IMG/VR virus record: IMGVR_UViG_3300020045_004676
Coordinates: 1 to 36,736 of that record
Strand: one strand, 5' to 3'
DNA length: 36,736 bases
Source: a virus
Lineage: Duplodnaviria; Caudoviricetes
Positions 1 to 7,428 of this stretch are shown piece after piece. Position 1 is the stretch's first letter; every line of letters starts with the position of its first letter. Made by a program: the position numbers and the translations under genes. The notes under the pieces are model-generated. The model searched no databases, had not been told where the DNA came from, and was given only the letters and a program-made list of their open reading frames with translations.

Positions 1-83
1 ACAATATCAGCTTCGTCTTCTTGAGAAAGTATATCGGTGTCTTGGTCTAGTTCTAGTTCTAGTTCTAGTTCTTGAATGTTCAT
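1..83 (-). CDS. Hypothetical acidic protein, runs off the left edge (MNIQELELELELDQDTDILSQEDEADI...)
   Basis: ATG at 83 preceded by AAAGGGGT RBS; frame open to the window edge. Confidence 0.5.
   Translation of the reverse strand, partial: MNIQELELELELDQDTDILSQEDEADI
46..72. repeat. Tandem hexamer TCTAGT x4.5 (encodes ELELELEL)
   Basis: Copies read directly at 46, 52, 58, 64 plus a partial copy at 70. Confidence 0.9.
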
Positions 84-153
84 TTTGTTACCCCTTTGTT
101 TTTTATTTCGACCTGAGACTCTGTTGTTAGCTACCTCCTGTCTGTATATCGTA

Positions 154-181
154 AGTATAGCATAGTAACTTGTATTGTCAA
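154..181 (-). promoter_or_regulatory. Sigma70-type promoter, leftward
   Basis: Minus strand TTGACA-16 nt-TATACT with TGn extended -10. Confidence 0.65.
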
Positions 182-390
182 ATGATATAAACAAGGAAAA
201 GATAATAAGCTTAGATCGTTTATGGTGTAGAGATAACGAAAATTAAAGAATGGACTTGCATTAAAGAACCCCTTATATATATACTCTTTTTGATAATCCC
301 CATAACCGTATATTAGTATATAAGTATACTTTGTATAACTGCCTTTAATAACTATAATAACTATAAGATAATAGGAGCTGATAATAATAT

Positions 391-705
391 ATGCCCAAAG
401 TTAAAAGTAAAGATGGTTTAACCGATAAACAACGTCTATCTATTAAAGCTTATATTAACCCAGACTCTCCTACTTTCTTAAATAAAACTAAGTCTGTTGA
501 TAGATATTATGATACTAGCTCTTTAAACGCTTCTAGCGTTATTGGAGCTGATATCATTACCGATGAAAACTTAGTAAAACTACGTGAATCTAACCCTGAT
601 CTTGCTATTGACCCTCACTTGACTAGTAAACTTACTAAAGAATGGTTAGTAACGAAGTTACTGGAGATGGTTGATACTAAAGGAGGGGAAATAAATGAGA
701 CTTAA
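391..705 (+). CDS. Terminase small subunit-like HTH protein, apparently C-terminally truncated
   Basis: LTDKQRLSIKAYI...N.TKS...Y...ASSVIG and TKEWLVTKLLEM resemble TerS N-terminal HTH and following helix; AGGAG upstream. Confidence 0.5.
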   Translation: MPKVKSKDGLTDKQRLSIKAYINPDSPTFLNKTKSVDRYYDTSSLNASSVIGADIITDENLVKLRESNPDLAIDPHLTSKLTKEWLVTKLLEMVDTKGGEINET

Positions 706-859
706 CAAAGTTATACTTATAAGAATATCAGAGCAAGAGAAACAAGCCATAGCAGAGCAAGCAGACAAGGAAGGCTTCTCTGTATCGCTTCTTATCAAGA
801 GATTGATTAGAGCCTACTTGAAGACACAGGTATCAACAGAGCCTACAACTACGCTGTAA
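695..859 (+). CDS. Ribbon-helix-helix DNA-binding protein (54 aa; not in ORF track)
   Basis: MRLNKVILIRISEQEKQAIAEQADKEGFSVSLLIKRLIRAYL has the RHH beta-alpha-alpha pattern; AAGGAGG RBS at 680-686. Confidence 0.7.
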   Translation: MRLNKVILIRISEQEKQAIAEQADKEGFSVSLLIKRLIRAYLKTQVSTEPTTTL

Positions 860-865
860 TAGCGT

Positions 866-1144
866 TTATTCGGGATCGACTGAGCTAAAATAGTCGGAAA
901 CGGGCTTGGCTCTCTCCATAAGTCTTCGGAGATTAGCATAAGCCCGCTTTCGTATATTGCTTATCGTCTGCCTACTCTTATTGAGCCGCTTTGCTACAAC
1001 CTTATCAGGATCGTTATATATAACAGTCCTAACTATCACATACTTCTGCGTCTTCCCATCTACCTCTCTCCCACGCTTTAACATTCGCCCTAACTCATCT
1101 AAATAAGCATATAACCAATCATGATTAAACCCCTCATATCTCAT
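866..1144 (-). CDS. Sigma factor region-4-like HTH protein, probable late transcription regulator
   Basis: DKVVAKRLNKSRQTISNIRKRAYANLR HTH; last gene of early operon. Confidence 0.7.
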   Translation of the reverse strand: MRYEGFNHDWLYAYLDELGRMLKRGREVDGKTQKYVIVRTVIYNDPDKVVAKRLNKSRQTISNIRKRAYANLRRLMERAKPVSDYFSSVDPE

Positions 1145-1349
1145 TCAAGAAAACCTCCCAGCCTTTATCAATTAATGATTTTATACTATTGTCGGAATAT
1201 CTAGGCAACAGCTTCTTTTGATGTATTAATTCCCAGTTCCGCTGAACTATCTCTGCTAATTCCTCTCCACAAACAAAAGGAAATAACTTGTCAGGATTGA
1301 TTTTGATAAATTTATCATCAGGTAAAGATAATATCTTCGCTCCTATCAT
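1134..1349 (-). CDS. Hypothetical protein
   Basis: Start reassigned to MIGAKIL at 1349 because of ATGA overlap with the upstream ORF. Confidence 0.6.
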   Translation of the reverse strand: MIGAKILSLPDDKFIKINPDKLFPFVCGEELAEIVQRNWELIHQKKLLPRYSDNSIKSLIDKGWEVFLNEI

Positions 1350-1501
1350 TCTTCTTGCACCGTTATGTCCAAACATCTCTCCGTCATCTGCATTAAACTA
1401 ATTACTGCCTGTAATTCAGATTGTGGGACTTCTAAGACTAATTTACTATACCCGTCCCTATCGGTAGAAACCTTCTCAACGGAAGCCTTAAACTTTATCA
1501 T
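1346..1501 (-). CDS. Hypothetical protein (51 aa, MIKFKASVEKVSTDRDGYSKLVLEVPQSE...; not in ORF track)
   Basis: ATGA overlaps at both ends; fills the gap between neighbours exactly. Confidence 0.65.
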   Translation of the reverse strand: MIKFKASVEKVSTDRDGYSKLVLEVPQSELQAVISLMQMTERCLDITVQEE

Positions 1502-2043
1502 TCAATCACCTCAACCTTTATTGACACCCTTGGATTTTCTTTATCTATAAAACTCTTGCAATGCCACTTTCTATGTTCTGCCTGAGACGAACACAACACT
1601 AAGTTTTCTTCTCTATCATCCAGTGAATTGCCATTTATGTGATGAATAACTTCTCCCTTTTCAAGCTTCCTGCCTATCTTTCTTTCCATTACTAATCTAT
1701 AATTTTTGACATATCCATTTCCATCACAGTTAGGATGATTAGGCGTAAACACTAAAATTCTTTTATCTTTAAACCTCAATCCTCCCTTCCAGTTTGGATT
1801 GTTTTTTCCTGCCAATCTCAATCCCCGACATTTTTGAGAACAACAAATCATTGGATTCACAATATATGTCTCAAACGATTTTCCACACGTCTCACAGTTA
1901 ACCATTTTCTTTTTGTTTCTACTTTTTAATTTGTTTGCACATATATAATTACAACAATTACCCCATCCATATTTAATTACAGATGGGAAAACATAAAACT
2001 GCTTCTTACAAACTAAACAGTATCTAAATTCTCCTTTCTTCAA
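1498..2043 (-). CDS. HNH homing endonuclease with Cys zinc-ribbon repeats; RusA-like C-terminal tail
   Basis: CxxC repeats, NPNWKGG, VIHHINGNSLDDREENL HNH motif. Confidence 0.88.
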   Translation of the reverse strand: MKKGEFRYCLVCKKQFYVFPSVIKYGWGNCCNYICANKLKSRNKKKMVNCETCGKSFETYIVNPMICCSQKCRGLRLAGKNNPNWKGGLRFKDKRILVFTPNHPNCDGNGYVKNYRLVMERKIGRKLEKGEVIHHINGNSLDDREENLVLCSSQAEHRKWHCKSFIDKENPRVSIKVEVIE

Positions 2044-2095
2044 CTTTTACCACCACCCTTGGATTTTTTTTATCTATAAAGCTAAAACAATGCCA
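1525..2095. repeat. Imperfect 42-bp direct repeat (1525-1566 and 2054-2095) shared by the 3' ends of the HNH and rusA genes
   Basis: cacccttggattttctttatctataaaactcttgcaatgcca vs cacccttggattttttttatctataaagctaaaacaatgcca; 36/42 identical by manual alignment. Confidence 0.85.
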
Positions 2096-2395
2096 TTCTT
2101 CAATTAAACGGTCATTCTTTATCACTCCACAATATTGCAAACAATCCCAGATAGTGTCTGAAATATTGGTTGCATCTTTCCTATTGTCTTTCTTGTATAT
2201 ATGCAATGATACACAAACAGGCTTCTCTATATTCTGCTTGAACTGCTTCGGACACAACAACGCAAATAACTCTTTGTATGTCCTCACAGCATCATCAGCA
2301 TGATATGTTCTTCCTGTCCTACCGTTGAATCGGAGCAAATTCTTGAGCGAGGGAGGCTCAGAGGGAATGGTAAACTCAATTAAATTACCAGTCAT
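2024..2395 (-). CDS. rusA: RusA-family Holliday junction resolvase
   Basis: IEFTIPSEPPSLKN, RKDATNISDTIWDCLQYCGVIKNDRLI, DKKNPRVVVKV match the RusA layout. Confidence 0.85.
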   Translation of the reverse strand: MTGNLIEFTIPSEPPSLKNLLRFNGRTGRTYHADDAVRTYKELFALLCPKQFKQNIEKPVCVSLHIYKKDNRKDATNISDTIWDCLQYCGVIKNDRLIEEWHCFSFIDKKNPRVVVKVEERRI

Positions 2396-2957
2396 GTTTT
2401 ATACTCCTGTGATATTTTATATGCGAAGAATCATCTGGGAATATCATTAAATTATCGACAGAATCATTAGCCTTGTTTCTATCTACATGATGAATAACAA
2501 CCTTTTTTGGCAAGACAATTTTTAGATGTGCTTCGAGATTATACCTAGACCTTTTAATGTATTTATTCTTGTCAGCACATGGATGTTCTGGGGAATATAT
2601 ATAATATCTTCCATTTGCGATTTTTACTCCTCCCTTCCAAGCAGAGTGTTCTTTTCCAAATTTTCCATGATTATGTCCAATCTTCCCTATATACGACAAC
2701 TCTCTACATTTCTTACTACAATGCTTTCCTCTGCCAGCATTTATTCTACATTGTCTAGTTGTGAATAATTTTCCACAAATAGGGCAAACAACTTCCCTTC
2801 TTGCCCTTAACGCATTTGCCTTTCCTACACATTTTATAGAACAATACTTAGTGTTTGAAAACTTTACTTGTGGTGTAACTTTAAATGTTTTTCTACAAAT
2901 TAAACATTTTCTTGTCTTAATTGATGGCACTTCTCCAATTATTTCAAATTCAATCAT
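2385..2957 (-). CDS. HNH homing endonuclease with zinc-ribbon repeats; RusA-like N-terminal 14 aa
   Basis: CxxC/YCSxKC repeats, AWKGG, PEHPCAD, VIHHVDRNKANDSVDNL. Confidence 0.88.
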   Translation of the reverse strand: MIEFEIIGEVPSIKTRKCLICRKTFKVTPQVKFSNTKYCSIKCVGKANALRARREVVCPICGKLFTTRQCRINAGRGKHCSKKCRELSYIGKIGHNHGKFGKEHSAWKGGVKIANGRYYIYSPEHPCADKNKYIKRSRYNLEAHLKIVLPKKVVIHHVDRNKANDSVDNLMIFPDDSSHIKYHRSIKHDW

Positions 2958-2991
2958 TTCATCTTCTTCTTTTTCATTTATTTTATATCCC

Positions 2992-3171
2992 TCATTTCAA
3001 ATTAGTAACAGCAACTGAACTTGACATCTTCGCATTATAAAGACTCGAGGAGATATAAATTATTTTTTTACTATTTAAATCCACAAGTTTATAAACAGTT
3101 ATAAATTCTGAAAGTTTCATAGTTTCAGCTACCACCAATGAAAATAAAATCATTAATAATAAATTTTTCAT
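2992..3171 (-). CDS. Small protein with hydrophobic N-terminus (59 aa; not in ORF track)
   Basis: AAGGAGG RBS; MKNLLLMILFSLVVAET is signal-peptide-like. Confidence 0.55.
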   Translation of the reverse strand: MKNLLLMILFSLVVAETMKLSEFITVYKLVDLNSKKIIYISSSLYNAKMSSSVAVTNLK

Positions 3172-3193
3172 TCTCTTCCTCCTTTAATTGAGC

Positions 3194-3241
3194 GGGGGAG
3201 CTGGCGTTAACACCAATTTCTCGCTCCGCAATTACTCCCCC
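3194..3241 (-). promoter_or_regulatory. Intergenic GC-rich stem-loop upstream of an RBS
   Basis: GGGGGAG/CTCCCCC stem enclosing the TGGTG-TTAA-CGCCA hairpin. Confidence 0.5.
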
Positions 3242-3275
3242 TCTGCCGTATTGGGCGATAACTATTTAATATAAT

Positions 3276-3617
3276 TCATAATACTTTCTCATAAGTTTGT
3301 TCAAATATGTCTGGCTTGCAAGGATATCTTTCACCTTTTATGCCAGTTATTATCCAATCTCCAGGACAGACTGTATGCCCACCTTCGAGCGTATCTACCC
3401 AGCCATGATCGTGGAGGATTTTTCCACAATAAGCACAAACTGATTGTCCGTCAAAATCTGGAGGCCTAAAATATCTAACAACCTTGCCCTCTCTTGGTTC
3501 TTCTGGGATTTTTCCTGTATCTCTAAACTTTCTAAAACAATCATCATCAGGATGGTCTCCATTCTCAAACCACTGGAAAGCCTCAATCACTACTGGCTTT
3601 TTTCTGAATTTACACAT
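3276..3617 (-). CDS. Conserved phage protein (KKPVVIEA...TLEG...YPCKPDIF family)
   Basis: Recognisable widespread phage motif set; function unknown. Confidence 0.8.
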   Translation of the reverse strand: MCKFRKKPVVIEAFQWFENGDHPDDDCFRKFRDTGKIPEEPREGKVVRYFRPPDFDGQSVCAYCGKILHDHGWVDTLEGGHTVCPGDWIITGIKGERYPCKPDIFEQTYEKVL

Positions 3618-3619
3618 TT

Positions 3620-4162
3620 CTACTTCCCCTCCTTAATTTCAGTTGGCAGTTCCAATAATTTAATTTCAGTTAGTCCTTTATAGTTTCTTCTCAAATGGTA
3701 AATTGCACAAGGAAATCCAAATGGAAATCCAGCTTTACTTGCTGGCAATATATTGATAGAAACGAATCCTCCATAGTTTAAAATTGCCCTTAAAGTTCCC
3801 ATACTTTTAAACATTTTAGCAACTGGAACGAGCAAAACTATGTTGTCTGATAAATTAAAACTATGTTCTAGAAATCTGTTAAAATCAGAATAAGGAGGAT
3901 TTGTTATAATCCATCTGACTTTCTCTTGAAAATCATAGAAATTCCTACCATCAACGATTTCACACCATAGGGCATCTTTTGGTAAATATTTTAAAATTGC
4001 ACCTTCTCCCTTGCATGGCTCTAATACCTTTCCATCGAGAGGGAACAGTTCACACATTTGCCTTGCGAGCCAATCAGGGGTAAAAACCACATCATTTTTA
4101 TTCATGTGTGCATATTTCCCTTCTATGTATGGATTGTGTTTTTGTCCTTTAATGCTTCCCAT
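3620..4162 (-). CDS. N6-adenine DNA methyltransferase
   Basis: FTPDWLA, SAM motif VLEPCKGEGA, catalytic IITNPPYS. Confidence 0.85.
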   Translation of the reverse strand: MGSIKGQKHNPYIEGKYAHMNKNDVVFTPDWLARQMCELFPLDGKVLEPCKGEGAILKYLPKDALWCEIVDGRNFYDFQEKVRWIITNPPYSDFNRFLEHSFNLSDNIVLLVPVAKMFKSMGTLRAILNYGGFVSINILPASKAGFPFGFPCAIYHLRRNYKGLTEIKLLELPTEIKEGK

Positions 4163-4502
4163 TTATTTGCTCCAATAACCACTCCCTAACAGTTAAGTCC
4201 CCATCCCCGTGAATTTCTCCTGTTTCTGGGTTAAGGTGAATTAAACAGTGTTTCCATTCCCTTGAATATCCTTCTTCTGCTTCTTTCTTTTCCGCCTTGG
4301 GGTTCAATCCAATTGATTCCCTAATTATCGCATCAGTTCCTGCGGTTGAAACTTTAATCCATCTATCTTCTTTGCCTTGCTTATATGCTTCAGCGTTTAA
4401 GTCATCAATAAAGGCAACAACCACGCCAAACCACTTCTCATCAGGAATTTTTAACATCAGCCTCAATTCACAAACCCAACTTCTTTCTACTTGTTCGCTC
4501 AT
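4149..4502 (-). CDS. Hypothetical protein
   Basis: ORF with GGAGGG RBS, coupled to the MTase. Confidence 0.65.
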   Translation of the reverse strand: MSEQVERSWVCELRLMLKIPDEKWFGVVVAFIDDLNAEAYKQGKEDRWIKVSTAGTDAIIRESIGLNPKAEKKEAEEGYSREWKHCLIHLNPETGEIHGDGDLTVREWLLEQINGKH

Positions 4503-4542
4503 TCTTTATCCCTCCCCCTCCTCTGGTTTTATTTCTGTCATT

Positions 4543-4743
4543 TTACCGTTCCCCCTTTCTTGTTCTCATTCTTGGAGGTAAATCTGCCCCTTTATGAAAA
4601 TTCTTGAAGATTTCCTTATTACGAGTCGATACCAATAAAAAACATTCTTTGCAAAAACATGAGTCCTTCAATTTCTTTTCCCCACATTCACAAGGATCTC
4701 TAAAATTGTTCTTATTGGAATCAATCAATCTAACTTTTTTCAT
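4543..4743 (-). CDS. Small Cys-rich (zinc-finger-like) protein
   Basis: CECG...CFCKEC; start reassigned to MKKVRL at 4743 (ATGA overlap). Confidence 0.55.
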   Translation of the reverse strand: MKKVRLIDSNKNNFRDPCECGEKKLKDSCFCKECFLLVSTRNKEIFKNFHKGADLPPRMRTRKGER

Positions 4744-5132
4744 GCTAAAATCCTCTTCGCCTCTTCTATCCATTGCTTCGGAGATTTTGTTTCTTCTTCA
4801 ACTTCTGGGTCAATCTCACCCTCTTTGTCTATAGGAGAAAACAATGTCTTTTGACCATGTAATATCTCGTTTTTTAAATCTTCTGTAGATAAAGCGCGCG
4901 ATTTGTATATCTCATTCTGCCCATGTGATAAAAATTCACGCTTTGTTCGTGTAATTGATTCAGGATTGGAATGTGTCCATAAGAATTTAAGCCATTTGTT
5001 TAACTTGGCCTCGAATTGCTTTGATTTGGTGTCCTTTATATCCTGCTTTGTCCATACATAGGCCAGCAAATAAAGATCATCATAACAAGCATACGGAATA
5101 GTAGTTAAAGCTTCTCTAATTTCCTTTTCCAT
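4740..5132 (-). CDS. Hypothetical protein
   Basis: ORF with AAGGGGTG RBS; NPESITRTKR motif. Confidence 0.7.
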   Translation of the reverse strand: MEKEIREALTTIPYACYDDLYLLAYVWTKQDIKDTKSKQFEAKLNKWLKFLWTHSNPESITRTKREFLSHGQNEIYKSRALSTEDLKNEILHGQKTLFSPIDKEGEIDPEVEEETKSPKQWIEEAKRILA

Positions 5133-5136
5133 TTCG

Positions 5137-5316
5137 TCACCCCTTGTTTCTTCGTCTAATTGGCTTCAAATTTAACTTCTGTGGCGTTTTCGCCCCCAAT
5201 CTGAAGCACCATAGCCAGCAATCCTTAATGTCACAGCAAGCCACGTTTTCCTTGGAATCCCCAGAACATTCCAAACAATGCTTCTTAACCGCCCTATCTA
5301 TCGATAACTTTCTCAT
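5137..5316 (-). CDS. Small Cys-rich phage protein (59 aa; not in ORF track)
   Basis: RAVKKHCLECSG...VACCDIKDCWLWCFR; AGGAG RBS. Confidence 0.7.
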   Translation of the reverse strand: MRKLSIDRAVKKHCLECSGDSKENVACCDIKDCWLWCFRLGAKTPQKLNLKPIRRRNKG

Positions 5317-5332
5317 AAAACTCCTAAAAAGT

Positions 5333-5386
5333 GGGCTGAAACAGGAACAGCTTCGGGGTAACGAGGATATAAACCTGCTCCAGCCC
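5333..5386 (-). terminator. Long-loop terminator- or attenuator-like hairpin
   Basis: GGGCTGGAGCAGG/CCTGTTTCAGCCC 13-bp stem with two G-U pairs on the minus strand, followed by ACTTTTT. Confidence 0.5.
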
Positions 5387-5392
5387 TATAAA

Positions 5393-5797
5393 TCAATTCA
5401 ATGGCCTAATTGCCGATATGTTCTGATATGTCTTACCCTGCCATTCTGTATTCTCATACATAACTTTGACTTTCATGCCTTTCAACTCATCTGAATCAAA
5501 ATCAGTATTTGGTTTTACGTCAGGCATTAACTTAGCAACAAAGTTCTTATAAAAATTACTTTCTTTGTTCATGCTAGCTGTTAGCCATCTTGAATTATGA
5601 TTGAATGCATAACCGTCGAGTCCAAGTATAAGTCGTAATTCCTGTGCCGATTTGGTTGTCATCTCACCTGTTAGCTTGTCCTTGACCTTCTTGTTCTCGT
5701 TTAATCTATGTTCGACATCGAGAATTGATCCCGTTATCCACTCATCAATTTGAACGCTTTCAAAATCTCCACTGCCTTTTATGATCACCATACTCAC
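5393..5797 (-). CDS. Putative OB-fold single-stranded DNA-binding/recombination protein (DUF669-like)
   Basis: GDFE...FDSDELKGMKVKV...GKTYQNISAIRP pattern typical of phage OB-fold SSB-like proteins. Confidence 0.5.
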   Translation of the reverse strand: MSMVIIKGSGDFESVQIDEWITGSILDVEHRLNENKKVKDKLTGEMTTKSAQELRLILGLDGYAFNHNSRWLTASMNKESNFYKNFVAKLMPDVKPNTDFDSDELKGMKVKVMYENTEWQGKTYQNISAIRPLN

Positions 5798-5994
5798 TTC
5801 ACCCCCTTCTCAATTACTGTTTTTGGGAACTCATCTACCGGTCTATATTTATTATTTGATACTTTTTCTCCTATTTCTTCCCAGAATCTTAACTGAGATT
5901 CTATCTCTTCTTTTGTTTCTCCTTTAACATTACCATTTACATATCCATAAGTTCTTGTTGGTATCCTAACCTCTCCTTCATACTTCATGATCAC
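5794..5994 (-). CDS. Hypothetical protein
   Basis: Translationally coupled ORF; RIPTRTYGY motif. Confidence 0.65.
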   Translation of the reverse strand: MIMKYEGEVRIPTRTYGYVNGNVKGETKEEIESQLRFWEEIGEKVSNNKYRPVDEFPKTVIEKGVK

Positions 5995-6209
5995 CAGATC
6001 CTCCTTCCAATTACTGTTTCGTGGCGTTTAAAATCATCGATAGCGTCTGGCTTCCAAGCCTCAGCTTTCTCTCGTTCCTCAACTTCCAAAGCACATTCCT
6101 CGCAATAATGATTCTTACCTTTCGTTACCATATCGTCTATATCAAACATCAAGCAACATTCATCGCACGGAGCATAAACTATTCTTTGACTCATCCTCAT
6201 TACCCCCAT
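5991..6209 (-). CDS. Small zinc-finger-like protein (true start possibly 6194)
   Basis: CDEC...YCEEC. Confidence 0.6.
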   Translation of the reverse strand: MGVMRMSQRIVYAPCDECCLMFDIDDMVTKGKNHYCEECALEVEEREKAEAWKPDAIDDFKRHETVIGRRIW

Positions 6210-6339
6210 TTTTTATTTCATCTAAAACACTAACTGCGTGCCTCATCGACAAATCCAATTCGTCCATCTTGTCATTAAACTCTTTATTGAATCGATTCAA
6301 CTTCTCAATTATCTCGTCTAAAATTTGAACTGAGTCCAT
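6160..6339 (-). CDS. Hypothetical helical protein (59 aa; not in ORF track)
   Basis: GAGGGGGT RBS, MDSVQILDEIIEKLNRFNKEF... Confidence 0.55.
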   Translation of the reverse strand: MDSVQILDEIIEKLNRFNKEFNDKMDELDLSMRHAVSVLDEIKNGGNEDESKNSLCSVR

Positions 6340-6529
6340 GATTTACCCCCTCTATTCTCTTTTCAAACCAATTATCCATATGCCTTAAAGCAATTCTTCT
6401 TTTTCCCCATAGTTCAACCGCGTCATTATCTTTTGGAGATACATAGTTGATATACTTGATTTCACCCGAAGTGACAACAGAAGGCTCCAAGATTTCATTT
6501 TTGATTATACCCCATAGCTTTTTTAACAT
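6305..6529 (-). CDS. Hypothetical protein
   Basis: AGGGGT RBS; fits the operon. Confidence 0.6.
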   Translation of the reverse strand: MLKKLWGIIKNEILEPSVVTSGEIKYINYVSPKDNDAVELWGKRRIALRHMDNWFEKRIEGVNHGLSSNFRRDN

Positions 6530-6550
6530 TTTAGTTTACCCCCTAAATGT

Positions 6551-6742
6551 TTACCATTTCCAATCGTACGAATTCGAACTTGTTGGCTTATAAGAATAAT
6601 TGTCCCATTTGTATTCATTCCTGTCGGATCTGTAATACGAGGATACATAAGAGCCATCTCCTCTGAAATATCCAGAAACATATTCTGCAGAAGCTATCGA
6701 ACAAAAGATCGCAACCAGAAGAATACTAATTAGCAGTTTCAT
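6551..6742 (-). CDS. Small secreted protein (YVSGYxRxDGxYV family)
   Basis: Signal peptide ending ASA; EYVSGYFRGDGSYVSSYYRS...DNYS motif. Confidence 0.75.
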   Translation of the reverse strand: MKLLISILLVAIFCSIASAEYVSGYFRGDGSYVSSYYRSDRNEYKWDNYSYKPTSSNSYDWKW

Positions 6743-6772
6743 TTAAATCACCCCCTTGTCTGTTACTTCGTG

Positions 6773-6801
6773 ATTTTACCACATCATTTTCAATAAATCA
6801 A
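6773..6801 (-). promoter_or_regulatory. Sigma70-type promoter
   Basis: TTGATT-17 nt-TAAAAT with TGn extended -10, upstream of the 6742 start. Confidence 0.55.
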
Positions 6802-6828
6802 GTATTAATTTCAGAAATCTTTTCGAAA

Positions 6829-7092
6829 TTAGAATTCTTCACTTTTTTGTCTCTTCATCGTATGCAATATTCCACATAAATATAAAAATGTATCACGACT
6901 ATTCATATTATTATATTTTAACCGTTTTTTCTTCAATGCCACAAATGCCTTACATATTTCATCTGGAGTTAAATATTCTGAAAAATTAAAGATCACTCTA
7001 AGGGTTGCATTGCTAAATTTATATTCCTTAGAGTCAAAGTAGAACTCTTCTAGTTTTTCAACATATTCTTTTAAAGAACTAGGCTTCTTCAT
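6829..7092 (-). CDS. Hypothetical protein
   Basis: 87-aa ORF with AAGGAAG RBS. Confidence 0.6.
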   Translation of the reverse strand: MKKPSSLKEYVEKLEEFYFDSKEYKFSNATLRVIFNFSEYLTPDEICKAFVALKKKRLKYNNMNSRDTFLYLCGILHTMKRQKSEEF

Positions 7093-7428
7093 TCTTTTTT
7101 AACTTCCTTAATGTTTTTAATTATTGATTAGAAAACACCCGAGCCATTTCCCTCCCTCTTATAAGTTGAGTCTTTAATTAATAAACTAAACTTTAAGTGT
7201 TTGAGATTACTCTTGCTTTAATAAGAGTCTAACCAGTCTAAAAGGATACACGCTCGGTTGATGTACTCCCTCCCACAATAAACTGATTACGTCGAGCACT
7301 CGAGTGGAGGATTAAAAAGACCCCAAACTTATCCTCGCTTTTGGATTCTCCCTCTTATGCTTTCATAGTCCGCGTTTTAACGAGCTCGCACTAATTGACT
7401 CGGCAATTGACTCGGAAATTAAACTAAA
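7093..7428 (-). other. 336-bp non-coding region with nested inverted repeats and short direct repeats (candidate structured RNA or origin)
   Basis: CCGAGC 7139-7144 / GCTCGG 7252-7257; ACTCTT/AAGAGT; CTCCCTCTTAT at 7152 and 7348; AATTGACTCGG at 7393 and 7405. Confidence 0.4.

Noticed and set aside
256-285. Plus-strand promoter TTGCAT...TATACT for the TerS-like gene
   Set aside because: 18-nt spacer within a TA run where -10-like hexamers arise by chance; too weak to list
3190-3262. GC-rich ~70-nt intergenic segment considered as a tRNA
   Set aside because: No TTCRA T-loop or cloverleaf on either strand
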